64,000 nt of DNA from a virus (Duplodnaviria; Heunggongvirae; Uroviricota; Caudoviricetes), in IMG/VR virus record IMGVR_UViG_3300046642_001000, positions 39,935 through 103,934 of that record; one strand, 5' to 3'. Numbering within the stretch: the stretch's first letter is position 1; each line of letters starts with the position of its first letter. Below, piece after piece: positions 47,613-55,868 of the stretch. The position numbers were made by a program, and so were the translations under genes. Under the pieces are notes generated by a model. That model was not told the DNA's origin. It made no database searches and saw only the letters and a program-made list of their open reading frames with translations.

Positions 47613-48425
47613 ATGAAAATTTTTCCGACGATCTACGCCTTGCTTCTGATCTCTCTCTTCTCGTTCGGTTGTACGTCCTGCGCGCACACGAAGCCGAAGC
47701 TGTGGGACACCATGGGGGACGATGACGCGGCCTACGCCCAGCACCTCATGCGGGCCACGGTCCAGATCGACCACCGGATGATCACCCTCATCCCCGACAT
47801 GGAGAAGTCCAACGAGAAGGACGGACTGAAGCTGAAGCCGGCCGCGATGGTCGCCCAGGGAACGGGAGTGGTCGTCGCCGTGAGGGGCAAGGAAAGCCTC
47901 ATCGTCACGGCGGCCCACGTCTGCAAGCCCCAGGACACCGTCCACGTCCAGCTGACCAAGGAAGTCGGGGTGGACGCTCCGGTCCTCGGGGAAGACTTTT
48001 TGATCTGGAACATGGAGCTCGACCAGATGGCCGCCCAGGCGCTGGTCATCGACGAGCTGAACGACGTCTGCGTCATGCGGGTCCTCGGGGTTCCGGGAGA
48101 CGTGGTGGAAGTGGCGACCCAGGACCCGCCCATCGGAGCGAGAGTCACGGCCGTCGGCAGCCCCCATGGCTTCCTGAACTATCACCGAGCCTTCGTCACG
48201 GACGGTCGGTACGTCGGCGCCCAGCAGTACAAGGACCATCCCCACTCGGACACCGTGGCCCTTCCAGGGACGCACGGGTGCTCCGGCGGTGGGGTGTTCT
48301 ACCGGGGCAAGCTCTTCGGGGTCATGTCAAGGATCCGAGAAGAGTTCCAGGAGATCGTCATAATTGAAGGAGACGCCCCGCTCAGGGACGCCATCAAGAA
48401 GGCAAGGAGCCTCTGGAAGCCGTGA
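47613..48425 (+). CDS. Trypsin-like serine protease with a signal peptide/lipobox
   Basis: Triad motifs 'TAAHVC', 'NDVC', 'GCSGGG'; hydrophobic N-terminus ending 'SFGC'; SD AAGGA before ATG 47613. Confidence 0.75.
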   Translation: MKIFPTIYALLLISLFSFGCTSCAHTKPKLWDTMGDDDAAYAQHLMRATVQIDHRMITLIPDMEKSNEKDGLKLKPAAMVAQGTGVVVAVRGKESLIVTAAHVCKPQDTVHVQLTKEVGVDAPVLGEDFLIWNMELDQMAAQALVIDELNDVCVMRVLGVPGDVVEVATQDPPIGARVTAVGSPHGFLNYHRAFVTDGRYVGAQQYKDHPHSDTVALPGTHGCSGGGVFYRGKLFGVMSRIREEFQEIVIIEGDAPLRDAIKKARSLWKP

Positions 48426-49276
48426 ACAAGTACGACGACGCACGTCAGGAAGTAGAGTTCGAGCCGATCACGATCGAGACGGTGGACCGCGCCGTGCGTG
48501 ACTGGTTCGACCGTACCGTCGACGTCGCCGTCGAAACGCCGACCTCTGAGCGCGCCAAGGTCCCCGTCATCTTCAGCTCCGGAGAACGCTACGCCATCAA
48601 GAGGAAGGGCATCCGGGACCAGGCGGGCGTCCTCATCCTCCCTCTCATCTCGATCCGGCGTACCGGCATGGACGCCGACCCGAGCATGCAGGCCCTCGGT
48701 ACTCAGACGGGAAACCTGACGATCGCCAAGAGGATCGATCCGAAGACCAACCAGCTCAAGAACAACATCCAGCGGGTCACCTCGGCAGGCATCCCGATCA
48801 TGGGTCCCGGGCCCGGGGCGGTCTACCAGGTGACGCAGGTCCCCTTCCCCGACCGGAACATCTTCAACTACGAGCTAGTCATCCAGACGAGCTACACGAA
48901 GCAGATGAACCGGGTCCTCGAGAAGCTCTTCCGGGAGCTGGACATCCGGAAGACCTTCGTGGCTCCCATCATCAACGACGGACGACACTCCGAAAACGGG
49001 GAAGAGTTCGAAGATCGCAAGCCCTTCAAGGGAGGGTACTTTGTCGGGTTCTTCGATTCTTCCATGTCGGACTCCTCCAACTTCGAGGAGTTCACGGACC
49101 AGGAGAGGATCGTCCGGTACAGCACGTCTTTCAGGGTCCCGGCCAACCTGACCCTTGATACGGAAGGGGAAAAGCCCTCCGTCAAGATCACCAAGACGGC
49201 CTACTCCGTCGGTTTCAAGGAGAAGCTGGTATCCCGGGCAGAGTTCAAGAAGATGTTCCCGGACGAGCCAGAATAG
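48422..49276 (+). CDS. Tail terminator/sheath stabiliser (T4 gp15-like)
   Basis: 'TVDRAV.DWF', 'KVPVIF..GER', 'LPLISIRRT', 'YELVIQTSY..QMN..LE'; directly precedes the sheath. Confidence 0.7.
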   Translation: MNKYDDARQEVEFEPITIETVDRAVRDWFDRTVDVAVETPTSERAKVPVIFSSGERYAIKRKGIRDQAGVLILPLISIRRTGMDADPSMQALGTQTGNLTIAKRIDPKTNQLKNNIQRVTSAGIPIMGPGPGAVYQVTQVPFPDRNIFNYELVIQTSYTKQMNRVLEKLFRELDIRKTFVAPIINDGRHSENGEEFEDRKPFKGGYFVGFFDSSMSDSSNFEEFTDQERIVRYSTSFRVPANLTLDTEGEKPSVKITKTAYSVGFKEKLVSRAEFKKMFPDEPE

Positions 49277-49336
49277 ACCCCCGAGTTTTTTACCCGAGAA
49301 TTTTGAGAAAAAGAGGCCGTTGGGCCTCTACCCGTC

Positions 49337-49344
49337 TATTTAGA
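49337..49344 (+). promoter_or_regulatory. Candidate late-promoter motif TATTTAGA
   Basis: Exact copy upstream of the sheath gene, in GTCT-ATTT-AGAC. Confidence 0.6.
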
Positions 49345-49401
49345 CTTAGCACGGTGTGAGTTCTATGAATAGAACCGCAACCTTTAGGAGACATCTTACA
49401 G

Positions 49402-51744
49402 ATGGCGCAAAAGTTTCTTAGCCCCGGCGTCTTTACCTCGGAGCTCGACCAGAGCCAACTGGCGCAAGGCGTGGCTGGAATCGGCGCGGCGCTCATCGGT
49501 CGGACTCCGTTCGGTCCCGCTTTCATGCCCGCCGTCGTCAAGGGATACGACGACTTCGCCCAGCGCTTCGGTGCGGTGGATCCGGAGTTCGCCCTTCCCT
49601 ACGCCGCTCGCGGCTACCTGCAGAACGCAGGGGCTGCGACGGTCGTCCGTGTCCTCGGACACAAGGACGGCACGGGGACGGTCGCCACGAGCGCGGCCTA
49701 CCCGCTCGGGTGGATCCCCGGACAGATCGTCGGCATCGCCGACGGTGTGACCGGCAGCGTCCTCCTCGAGCTGCATGCCGCCTTCCCGGTCCAGGTGACC
49801 GGAGTGGCCGGCGACCCGAACAGCTTCGTCCTCAAGGTCGTTTCGGGCTCCACCGCCCTGTTCGCCACCACGGCGTCGTTCCTGACGTCCTCGGCGAACT
49901 ACGTCGGCAAGGTCCTGAACTCGGACCCGACCCTGTGGCCGACCTACTTCCACTACGTCTTCCGCAACCTGAAGTACTCGCAGCCGGCGGTGTCGGCCTC
50001 GTGGCTCATCGCCACGGAGCTCTCGGCCGCCAGCTTCCTGCGTGACTTCGAAGGTGGCCAGACCCAGTGGGTGAAGTCGCAGCCGCTCGGTGGCCAGGAC
50101 TTCAACATGATGCGGTTCTGGACGCGTGGTCACGGCCTCGCGGAGAACGACCGCCTCAAGATCACCATCGCGAACGTGAAGCCGTCGCCGAACCCGCTGG
50201 CGACCCCGTACGGCACGTTCGACGTCATCGTCCGTGGCTTCTATGACACCGACCAGCGCGTCCAGAACCTGGACTCGTTCGTCGGGTGCACCATGGACCC
50301 GGACTCGGACAACTACGTCCTGAAGCGGATCGGCGACCAGGTCGAGATGTTCGACACGTCGCAGCGCAAGTTCATCCAGCAGGGCACCTGGCCGGCCAAG
50401 AGCAAGCTCATCTGGGTGGAGCTCCCGACCGCGACCCAGATCCCGGCCGAGGCGCTCCCCTGGGGCTTCCGCGGCTACATCGATCCGCAGTTCGCGCCGC
50501 TCTCGGCGTCGGCTCCCGGACCGTTCATGCAGGACATGCCGTACGTCCAGACCCAGAAGGACCGCTTCGGCAACCTCGACGCCAACACCGCCTGGGGCAT
50601 CCAGTTCCTGTCGGGTGGCATCGTCGACCGCATGCGTCCGCTACCGGACTCCATCGAGTCGTCCAACCTGGTCAACCAGGACGGGGACTTCTCGCTGAGC
50701 AACCTCAGCGGTTCGTACCAGAACGGACGGCAGCTGTACGCCTACGTTCCCGGCTACGGCCTCTACCAGGTGCCGGTCTACCAGTCGGCCTCCCTCCACA
50801 AGTTCACGCTGCCCTTCCGCGGCGGACACGATGGCTGGGACATCCGCGTGGAGGACCCGCTGTACCTGAACAACGTGGACGATGAGACGATCATCGGCGT
50901 CATCGCCGAGAAGCGTGCCGTCGACACGGTGGCCAACCCGGACGCCTACGACATGAACCTCCTGGCTCTCCCGAACCAGGACAACCTCAAGATCACCGAC
51001 TACGGTCGGACGATGGTGAACAACCGTCAGGACGCCCTGTACATCATGGACGTCACCGGCGCCAGCGTGAACGAGGTCGTGGGGCAGCTGCAGGCTCGCC
51101 AGATCGATGACAACTACACGGCGTGCTACTACCCGGACATGAAGCTGAACGACACGGTCAACAAGAAGATCGTGCGCGTGAAGCCCTCGGTCGCGGTGGT
51201 GGCGGCGATCGCCTTCAACGACCGCACCGCCCAGCCGTGGTTCGCCCCGGCCGGTCTGAACCGCGGTGGTCTCAACCAGTTCGGCATCATCGACGTGGTG
51301 GACCGCCTCACCTTCGACGACCGGAATGTGCTCTACGACAACCGGATCAACCCGATCGCGACCTTCCCGGATACGGGCATCTCGATCTTCGGCCAGAAGA
51401 CCCTCCAGGTCGCGGCCTCGGCTCTCGACCGCGTGAACGTCCGCCGGCTCTTGATCTTCGCCAAGAAGACCATCGCCTCGGCCGCCAAGTACCTGGTCTT
51501 CGAGCCGGACAACCCCCAGACCTGGGACCGCTTCCTGAAGCTGGTCAACCCGATCCTCAAGAAGGTGCAGCAGGACCAGGGCCTCAACCGGTTCAAGGTC
51601 GTGATGGACTCCACCACGAACACGCCGGACATCGTGGACCGGAACATCATGGTCGGCAAGATCTTCCTCGAGCCGACCAAGGCGGCGGAGTTCATCGACC
51701 TGAGCTTCATCATCACCGCACAGGGCGTCGAGTTCGGCTCGTAA
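49402..51744 (+). CDS. Tail sheath protein (T4 gp18-like)
   Basis: 'LSPGVFTSELD', 'IGRTPFGPAF.P', 'WFAPAGLNRG', 'LY..RINPI', 'GQKTLQ..SALDRVNVRRL', 'FEP.N', 'IFLEPTKAAEFI'. Confidence 0.95.
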   Translation: MAQKFLSPGVFTSELDQSQLAQGVAGIGAALIGRTPFGPAFMPAVVKGYDDFAQRFGAVDPEFALPYAARGYLQNAGAATVVRVLGHKDGTGTVATSAAYPLGWIPGQIVGIADGVTGSVLLELHAAFPVQVTGVAGDPNSFVLKVVSGSTALFATTASFLTSSANYVGKVLNSDPTLWPTYFHYVFRNLKYSQPAVSASWLIATELSAASFLRDFEGGQTQWVKSQPLGGQDFNMMRFWTRGHGLAENDRLKITIANVKPSPNPLATPYGTFDVIVRGFYDTDQRVQNLDSFVGCTMDPDSDNYVLKRIGDQVEMFDTSQRKFIQQGTWPAKSKLIWVELPTATQIPAEALPWGFRGYIDPQFAPLSASAPGPFMQDMPYVQTQKDRFGNLDANTAWGIQFLSGGIVDRMRPLPDSIESSNLVNQDGDFSLSNLSGSYQNGRQLYAYVPGYGLYQVPVYQSASLHKFTLPFRGGHDGWDIRVEDPLYLNNVDDETIIGVIAEKRAVDTVANPDAYDMNLLALPNQDNLKITDYGRTMVNNRQDALYIMDVTGASVNEVVGQLQARQIDDNYTACYYPDMKLNDTVNKKIVRVKPSVAVVAAIAFNDRTAQPWFAPAGLNRGGLNQFGIIDVVDRLTFDDRNVLYDNRINPIATFPDTGISIFGQKTLQVAASALDRVNVRRLLIFAKKTIASAAKYLVFEPDNPQTWDRFLKLVNPILKKVQQDQGLNRFKVVMDSTTNTPDIVDRNIMVGKIFLEPTKAAEFIDLSFIITAQGVEFGS

Positions 51745-51773
51745 GAGCCGCCTCGGCCTTGTAGGAGATAGAA

Positions 51774-52070
51774 ATGCCTGCAGTCGGTGATCTCTACTTC
51801 GGTGCCTACTCCGGATCCGCGAAGGCGGCGGCCACCAGCAGCGTCCAGCTGCTGGCAGCCGACGTCAACCGGAAGGGTCTGATCGTCTTCAACGACTCCC
51901 CGAACATCCTGTTCCTGAAGTTCGGAGCGGCAGCGAAGACGAACGACTACACGCTTCAGGTGGCTCCGGCCACCAAGTACGAGTCGCCCTGGCCGCTCGT
52001 CCCGCAAGGGGTGATCTCGGGAGTGTGGGGCGCCGCCTCCGGCTCCGCCTACGTCACCGAGATCACCTAA
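51774..52070 (+). CDS. Small beta-rich hypothetical protein
   Basis: 98-aa ORF, SD AGGAG. Confidence 0.7.
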   Translation: MPAVGDLYFGAYSGSAKAAATSSVQLLAADVNRKGLIVFNDSPNILFLKFGAAAKTNDYTLQVAPATKYESPWPLVPQGVISGVWGAASGSAYVTEIT

Positions 52071-52086
52071 CGGGCAGAGGTAACCA

Positions 52087-53706
52087 GTGACTTGGCTTGC
52101 CGAAGCATACGTCACCGGGACTAACGGCCTCCCCATCAATCAGCTGGGTCTGGCCGTCTATCCTCTCGGTAGCGGCCTCTCTGGATCGGTCCCGGTCACC
52201 ATCATCGGGACGGACCCGATCCTCGTTCAGGTCACTGCCTCCGTCGGTCAGTCCGTCGCCGTCAACAACTTCCCCGCCGTCCAACAGGTAACGGGTTCCG
52301 TCCTCACGGCTTCCGGATCCTTTGTCGAGCTTCTTCTCGGCGGCCAGCCGCTCTCCACAAACAATCCTCTTCCGATCTCTGGAACAGAGGTCAACGTCTC
52401 CATCAAGGGTGGGGTGCAGGTCTTTGTCTCGGCCTCCGTCCCGCTTTCTGTATCTCAGGCCACATCGTCCATCCCCTGGATCATCTCGGGCAGTACCGAC
52501 ATCACAAACTTCCCGGCGGTCCAACAGGTCACGGGAACGGTCGGTCTGTCGGCGGCTGACATCTTCCCGCCCGAGATGGTCGGGTCTTTCGGCGTCCTCC
52601 TGGCAAACTCCGAAGTTCCGATCGTCAACATCGCCTTCCCGTACGGGATCCCCTTCGAGCAGGTCCAGGCCAGCGGTGTCTTTGGCGGCACCGTCGGTTG
52701 GGCCAACGGCATCGCCAGCGTGCAGGCCGGAACAGGATCCAAGGGAGCCGCCAGTTTCGAGACAAACGACGCGTGTCGCTACATCGCCGGCCAGGGCGTC
52801 AGGATGAAGTTCGCCGGGATGTTCGCCCAACCGGTGGTCAACTCCATGCAGGAGATGGGCATCGGCGAGGACATCGACGGGTTCTTCTTCGGCGCGTCGG
52901 GAAGCAACTTCGGAATCCTCCGTCGGCAGAACGGCAAGGAGTTCTGGACGTTCACGAGTTCTTTCAGCTACGACAAGCTGGACGGGACCGGACCTTCGGG
53001 GATGCAGATCGACGTCACCAAGGGAAACGTCTACGAGATCGACTACCAGTGGCTCGGCTTTGGCGCCGTCAACTTCCTGGTCGAGAACCCCGACAACGGG
53101 AAGTTCATCCCGGTCCACCAGATCAAGTACGCCAACGCGAACGTCATCCCGAGCATCGCGAACCCGATCCTGCCGCTTCGCATGGCGGTCAAGAACTTCG
53201 GCAACACGACGAACGTCTCTGTCTCCGCGTCGAGCATGGGCGTCTTCACCGAGGGAGCCGAGCCGCTCGAGCACGGCAACCGTCGGAGCTTCAGCAACAA
53301 TAAGATCAACGTCCTGACCGAGATCTCCATCTTCGCTCTCCAGAACGGCGACCAGTTCAACGGTCGAAGGAACCGTCTCAGGACCAAGATCGACTTCTTT
53401 GGCGGATCGAACCGGCAGAACAACACGAACGTCGAGTGTCGGCTGATTCTGAACCCGACCCTGGGAACATCGTCTTTCACGCCGATCGCGCCCGGTCTTT
53501 CGCCCATGTCTGTAGACATCGCCGGGTCCACCTTCACCGGCGGACGGGAGCTCTTCAACTTCCAGCTCGGCCCCGCGGGAACCCAGAACTTCGATCTTTC
53601 GGGCTACGAGCTCCGGATGGATCCAGACGACATCCTCGTCGTGGCAGGTTCGGGGTCGGCCAACAGTGGTATCTCGGTCTCTCTCGCCTGGGTGGAGGAA
53701 CTATGA
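52087..53706 (+). CDS. Putative virion appendage protein
   Basis: Twice-repeated 'NFPAVQQVTG' stalk-like segment followed by a beta-sandwich-like domain. Confidence 0.55.
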   Translation: MTWLAEAYVTGTNGLPINQLGLAVYPLGSGLSGSVPVTIIGTDPILVQVTASVGQSVAVNNFPAVQQVTGSVLTASGSFVELLLGGQPLSTNNPLPISGTEVNVSIKGGVQVFVSASVPLSVSQATSSIPWIISGSTDITNFPAVQQVTGTVGLSAADIFPPEMVGSFGVLLANSEVPIVNIAFPYGIPFEQVQASGVFGGTVGWANGIASVQAGTGSKGAASFETNDACRYIAGQGVRMKFAGMFAQPVVNSMQEMGIGEDIDGFFFGASGSNFGILRRQNGKEFWTFTSSFSYDKLDGTGPSGMQIDVTKGNVYEIDYQWLGFGAVNFLVENPDNGKFIPVHQIKYANANVIPSIANPILPLRMAVKNFGNTTNVSVSASSMGVFTEGAEPLEHGNRRSFSNNKINVLTEISIFALQNGDQFNGRRNRLRTKIDFFGGSNRQNNTNVECRLILNPTLGTSSFTPIAPGLSPMSVDIAGSTFTGGRELFNFQLGPAGTQNFDLSGYELRMDPDDILVVAGSGSANSGISVSLAWVEEL

Positions 53707-54164
53707 TGCTGGAAGTCTTCTTCCGGGATCTCGTCTCTTCTCGTCTGGATGAGCCAGTCCGGGGCTACGTCGTCTCCATCCTTGTAGACTACACCACCCA
53801 ACCCATCTCCAGAGAGCCGCTCTGTCTAAGACTTGGCGACCTCTCTGCGAGACGGGTAGTAGTCCTCAAGGAGGTGGGCGACGAGGCCCTTCTGGTCTCC
53901 GGCTTTCTAAGGGGCCCAGATCCAAGGTATTATGCCCAGATCGGGTCCGCGGCCTATGCCGAGCTGTCCAACCGGATCCGGGACCCTCTCTTCCGGCTCA
54001 TGGCCCACGGGTTCCCCGACATCCAGGGGGCCCTGGCAGAGGTTCGGCGTGAGCTCACCCTCCAGGGGACGGACTACCTGGCCCTGGTAAGGGAAGCCCA
54101 TCTGGGAGCCTCGGAGAAGGCCTGGAAGCGCCTGGAAAGCCTTGGCCTGGTGCTGCCCTCCTAA
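53703..54164 (+). CDS. Host-like uncharacterised helical protein
   Basis: 153 aa from ATG 53703 (SD GGAGG); 'GD.AL.VSGF', 'YY..IG..AY..L', 'AL.EV' pattern that I recall from uncharacterised Myxococcota/proteobacterial proteins (unverified). Confidence 0.5.
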   Translation: MMLEVFFRDLVSSRLDEPVRGYVVSILVDYTTQPISREPLCLRLGDLSARRVVVLKEVGDEALLVSGFLRGPDPRYYAQIGSAAYAELSNRIRDPLFRLMAHGFPDIQGALAEVRRELTLQGTDYLALVREAHLGASEKAWKRLESLGLVLPS

Positions 54165-54227
54165 CCTGCCTATTCTTCTACTCCGAATCGTTTCCCGAAA
54201 TTCCGACCGAAAACTCGCGTCAACAGG

Positions 54228-54235
54228 TATTTAGA
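54228..54235 (+). promoter_or_regulatory. Candidate late-promoter motif TATTTAGA
   Basis: Upstream of the tube gene, within CAGGT-ATTTAG-ACCTG. Confidence 0.6.
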
Positions 54236-54290
54236 CCTGAAGGGCGTCTCACACAATTGGGACGTCAGCACTTTAGGGAGAACATAGAAG

Positions 54291-54779
54291 ATGGCCGAGA
54301 CGCTCGATACGGCGCACCTCTTGGCGAACAACTACGAGCCGAAGAGGAAGTTCAGGTGGGTCCTCCAGATCGACGGCATCGATGCGTTCGTCATGAAGAC
54401 CGCTGCTCGCCCGCAGCAGACGTTCGAAGAGACCGTCATCGACTTCATCAACACGAAGCGGTACGTCTCTGGCAAGGGGGCGTGGAACCCGATCGCGTGC
54501 ACGATGCACGATCCGATCGCCCCGTCCGCCTCGCAGAAGATCATGGACTGGGTGCGACTCAACTATGAGCCGCTCACCGGACGCATGGGCTACGCGTCCT
54601 TCTACAAGAAGGACATCAGCCTCAAGCTCCTGGATCCCCAGGGGACGGTGGTCGAGCTGTGGGACATCACCGGAGCGTGGCCGCAGGACGTGAACTTCGG
54701 TGACCTCGACTACGCCTCTTCGGACAACGTGGAAGTAAGCTTCAGCCTCCGATTCGACAACGCGACCCTGCAGTTCTAA
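54291..54779 (+). CDS. Tail tube protein (T4 gp19-like)
   Basis: 'YEPKRKFRW', 'RP', 'GK..W.PI..T..DPI', 'GAWP..V.FG.LDY', 'L.FDNA'. Confidence 0.9.
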   Translation: MAETLDTAHLLANNYEPKRKFRWVLQIDGIDAFVMKTAARPQQTFEETVIDFINTKRYVSGKGAWNPIACTMHDPIAPSASQKIMDWVRLNYEPLTGRMGYASFYKKDISLKLLDPQGTVVELWDITGAWPQDVNFGDLDYASSDNVEVSFSLRFDNATLQF

Positions 54780-54808
54780 AACGAGGGTCAACGACGGTAA
54801 GGCACCAG

Positions 54809-54838
54809 GGGCGGTCCGAAAGGGCCGCCCTTTTTTTT
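54809..54838 (+). terminator. Intrinsic terminator after the tail tube gene
   Basis: GGGCGGTCC-GAAA-GGGCCGCCC followed by T8. Confidence 0.9.
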
Positions 54839-54867
54839 GTGTACTTTTGGTGGGAGTGTGGTATAAT
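54839..54867 (+). promoter_or_regulatory. Sigma70-type extended -10 promoter
   Basis: TG-G-TATAAT (54859-54867), 10 nt upstream of ATG 54878; no SD, so near-leaderless. Confidence 0.7.
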
Positions 54868-54877
54868 TCTATTCACG

Positions 54878-55381
54878 ATGACGATCTCACAACTGCTTCG
54901 GAAGATCAGCAAGCTCAAGGGCGAAGTTCAGGAGCAGCGGGCGCGGGCCCAGGCTGCCACGGTCTACAAGGAGAAGGAGCCCCCGGCCTTCTCTTTCGAG
55001 GACTCCATGTGCGGCGCAGACCGCGCGGTGGAAGACCTCGTGACCTTCGAGGCGGCCCTCCGTCGGGCCAACTCTCTCACCACGGTGAGCCTGGCCGGTG
55101 GGAAGACGATCACCCTCTCCGAGGCGACCTGCCGCCTGCAGGAGCTGAAGGGCCGGATCGCCTGGCTGAAGACGCTGCCGTCGCAGGCGCAGAACAAGCG
55201 GTTCGTGGACTCGGTGGAGTACGACACCCTGGCCGAGAAGCCGCACAAGGTTACCACCACGTACGTCTGCCCGTTCCCGGAGGCGATGCGCTCCTCGGCC
55301 ATCCGGTCCGCGCAGGAGGCGTTCGACAGCCTCAATGATCTCGTAGAAACGGCCAACCACCAGACGGTGGTCGAGCTGTAA
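54878..55381 (+). CDS. DIP1984-like (DUF6847-type) helical protein
   Basis: Pattern M.(I/L)..LL....LK..(I/V)......E.P...E......L..L...(I/L)..AN..T.V...G..TL.EA....LK.RI..L..L...D.L...(I/V)...N..T.V recognised from memory of the DIP1984 family. Confidence 0.65.
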   Translation: MTISQLLRKISKLKGEVQEQRARAQAATVYKEKEPPAFSFEDSMCGADRAVEDLVTFEAALRRANSLTTVSLAGGKTITLSEATCRLQELKGRIAWLKTLPSQAQNKRFVDSVEYDTLAEKPHKVTTTYVCPFPEAMRSSAIRSAQEAFDSLNDLVETANHQTVVEL

Positions 55382-55384
55382 GGT

Positions 55385-55636
55385 TCGGGAAGAGGGGCGG
55401 CTGTACCTGAGACCGTCGGGTTGGCGACCGTAGGAACCGAGACTCCTCACCTAGGAGTCGAGGCGACTACAACCATTCAGGCTCGTCCAAAAGACGACCT
55501 ACAAAAACGACGACGACAAAGCATCTCAGCCGTCAGCGTTCAGACATGGAAGCCTTCAGCGGCCAGCAGCGAGCGTCGAGCACCTAGAGATTAGCGTGCC
55601 AACTAACGTTCACAGGGAAACCGCTCCTCTTCCCGA
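55385..55636 (+). ncRNA. Putative structured ncRNA / 3' RNA element with a heptad-repeat loop
   Basis: 16-bp closing stem 55385-55400/55621-55636 followed by T7; internal hairpins 55415-28, 55441-59, 55483-97; helices 55430-34/55498-502 and 55420-25/55598-603; no credible ORF. Confidence 0.75.
55516..55595 (+). repeat. Eleven phased 7-nt N4-AG(C/A) units
   Basis: ACAAAGC a TCTCAGC CGTCAGC GTTCAGA ca TGGAAGC CTTCAGC GGCCAGC AGCGAGC GTCGAGC ACCTAGA GATTAGC. Confidence 0.8.
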
Positions 55637-55652
55637 TTTTTTTGAGGTCCAC

Positions 55653-55823
55653 ATGGCCAAAGATCCTGAGATCACCGAGTGGCTCCGGAAGGCGATGGCC
55701 GAGTGGCGAGCCATGCCGGACGGTCCTGAGAAAGATCAGGTCGGTCGGGAGCTGGAGAAGAAGATCTCCGGCGTGATGGGGGCCCTCGACTCTCTCATCC
55801 CGGCCCGGCACCGGACGAACTAA
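55653..55823 (+). CDS. Small helical hypothetical protein (56 aa)
   Basis: SD GAGG, ATG 55653, MAKDPEITEWLRKAMAEW... Confidence 0.65.
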   Translation: MAKDPEITEWLRKAMAEWRAMPDGPEKDQVGRELEKKISGVMGALDSLIPARHRTN

Positions 55824-55834
55824 CGAAACTTTTT

Positions 55835-55863
55835 TTGGCACTTTTGACCAGTGAGGCTAATTT
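55835..55863 (+). promoter_or_regulatory. Sigma70-type promoter giving a probable leaderless transcript at ATG 55869
   Basis: TTGGCA-N17-TAATTT; the -10 box ends 5 nt before ATG. TAATTTATCCC-ATG also mirrors TATTTATCCC-GTG at 24278. Confidence 0.6.
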
Positions 55864-55868
55864 ATCCC

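Noticed and set aside
54839-54877. Upstream GTG start for the DIP1984-like gene
   Set aside because: Runs through the terminator T-tract and the -10 box; the family pattern begins at ATG 54878
55516-55595. CRISPR, TIGR-like or type III antitoxin array
   Set aside because: Unit is only 7 nt with a 3-nt constant part; no repeat-spacer architecture, no cas or ToxN-like gene
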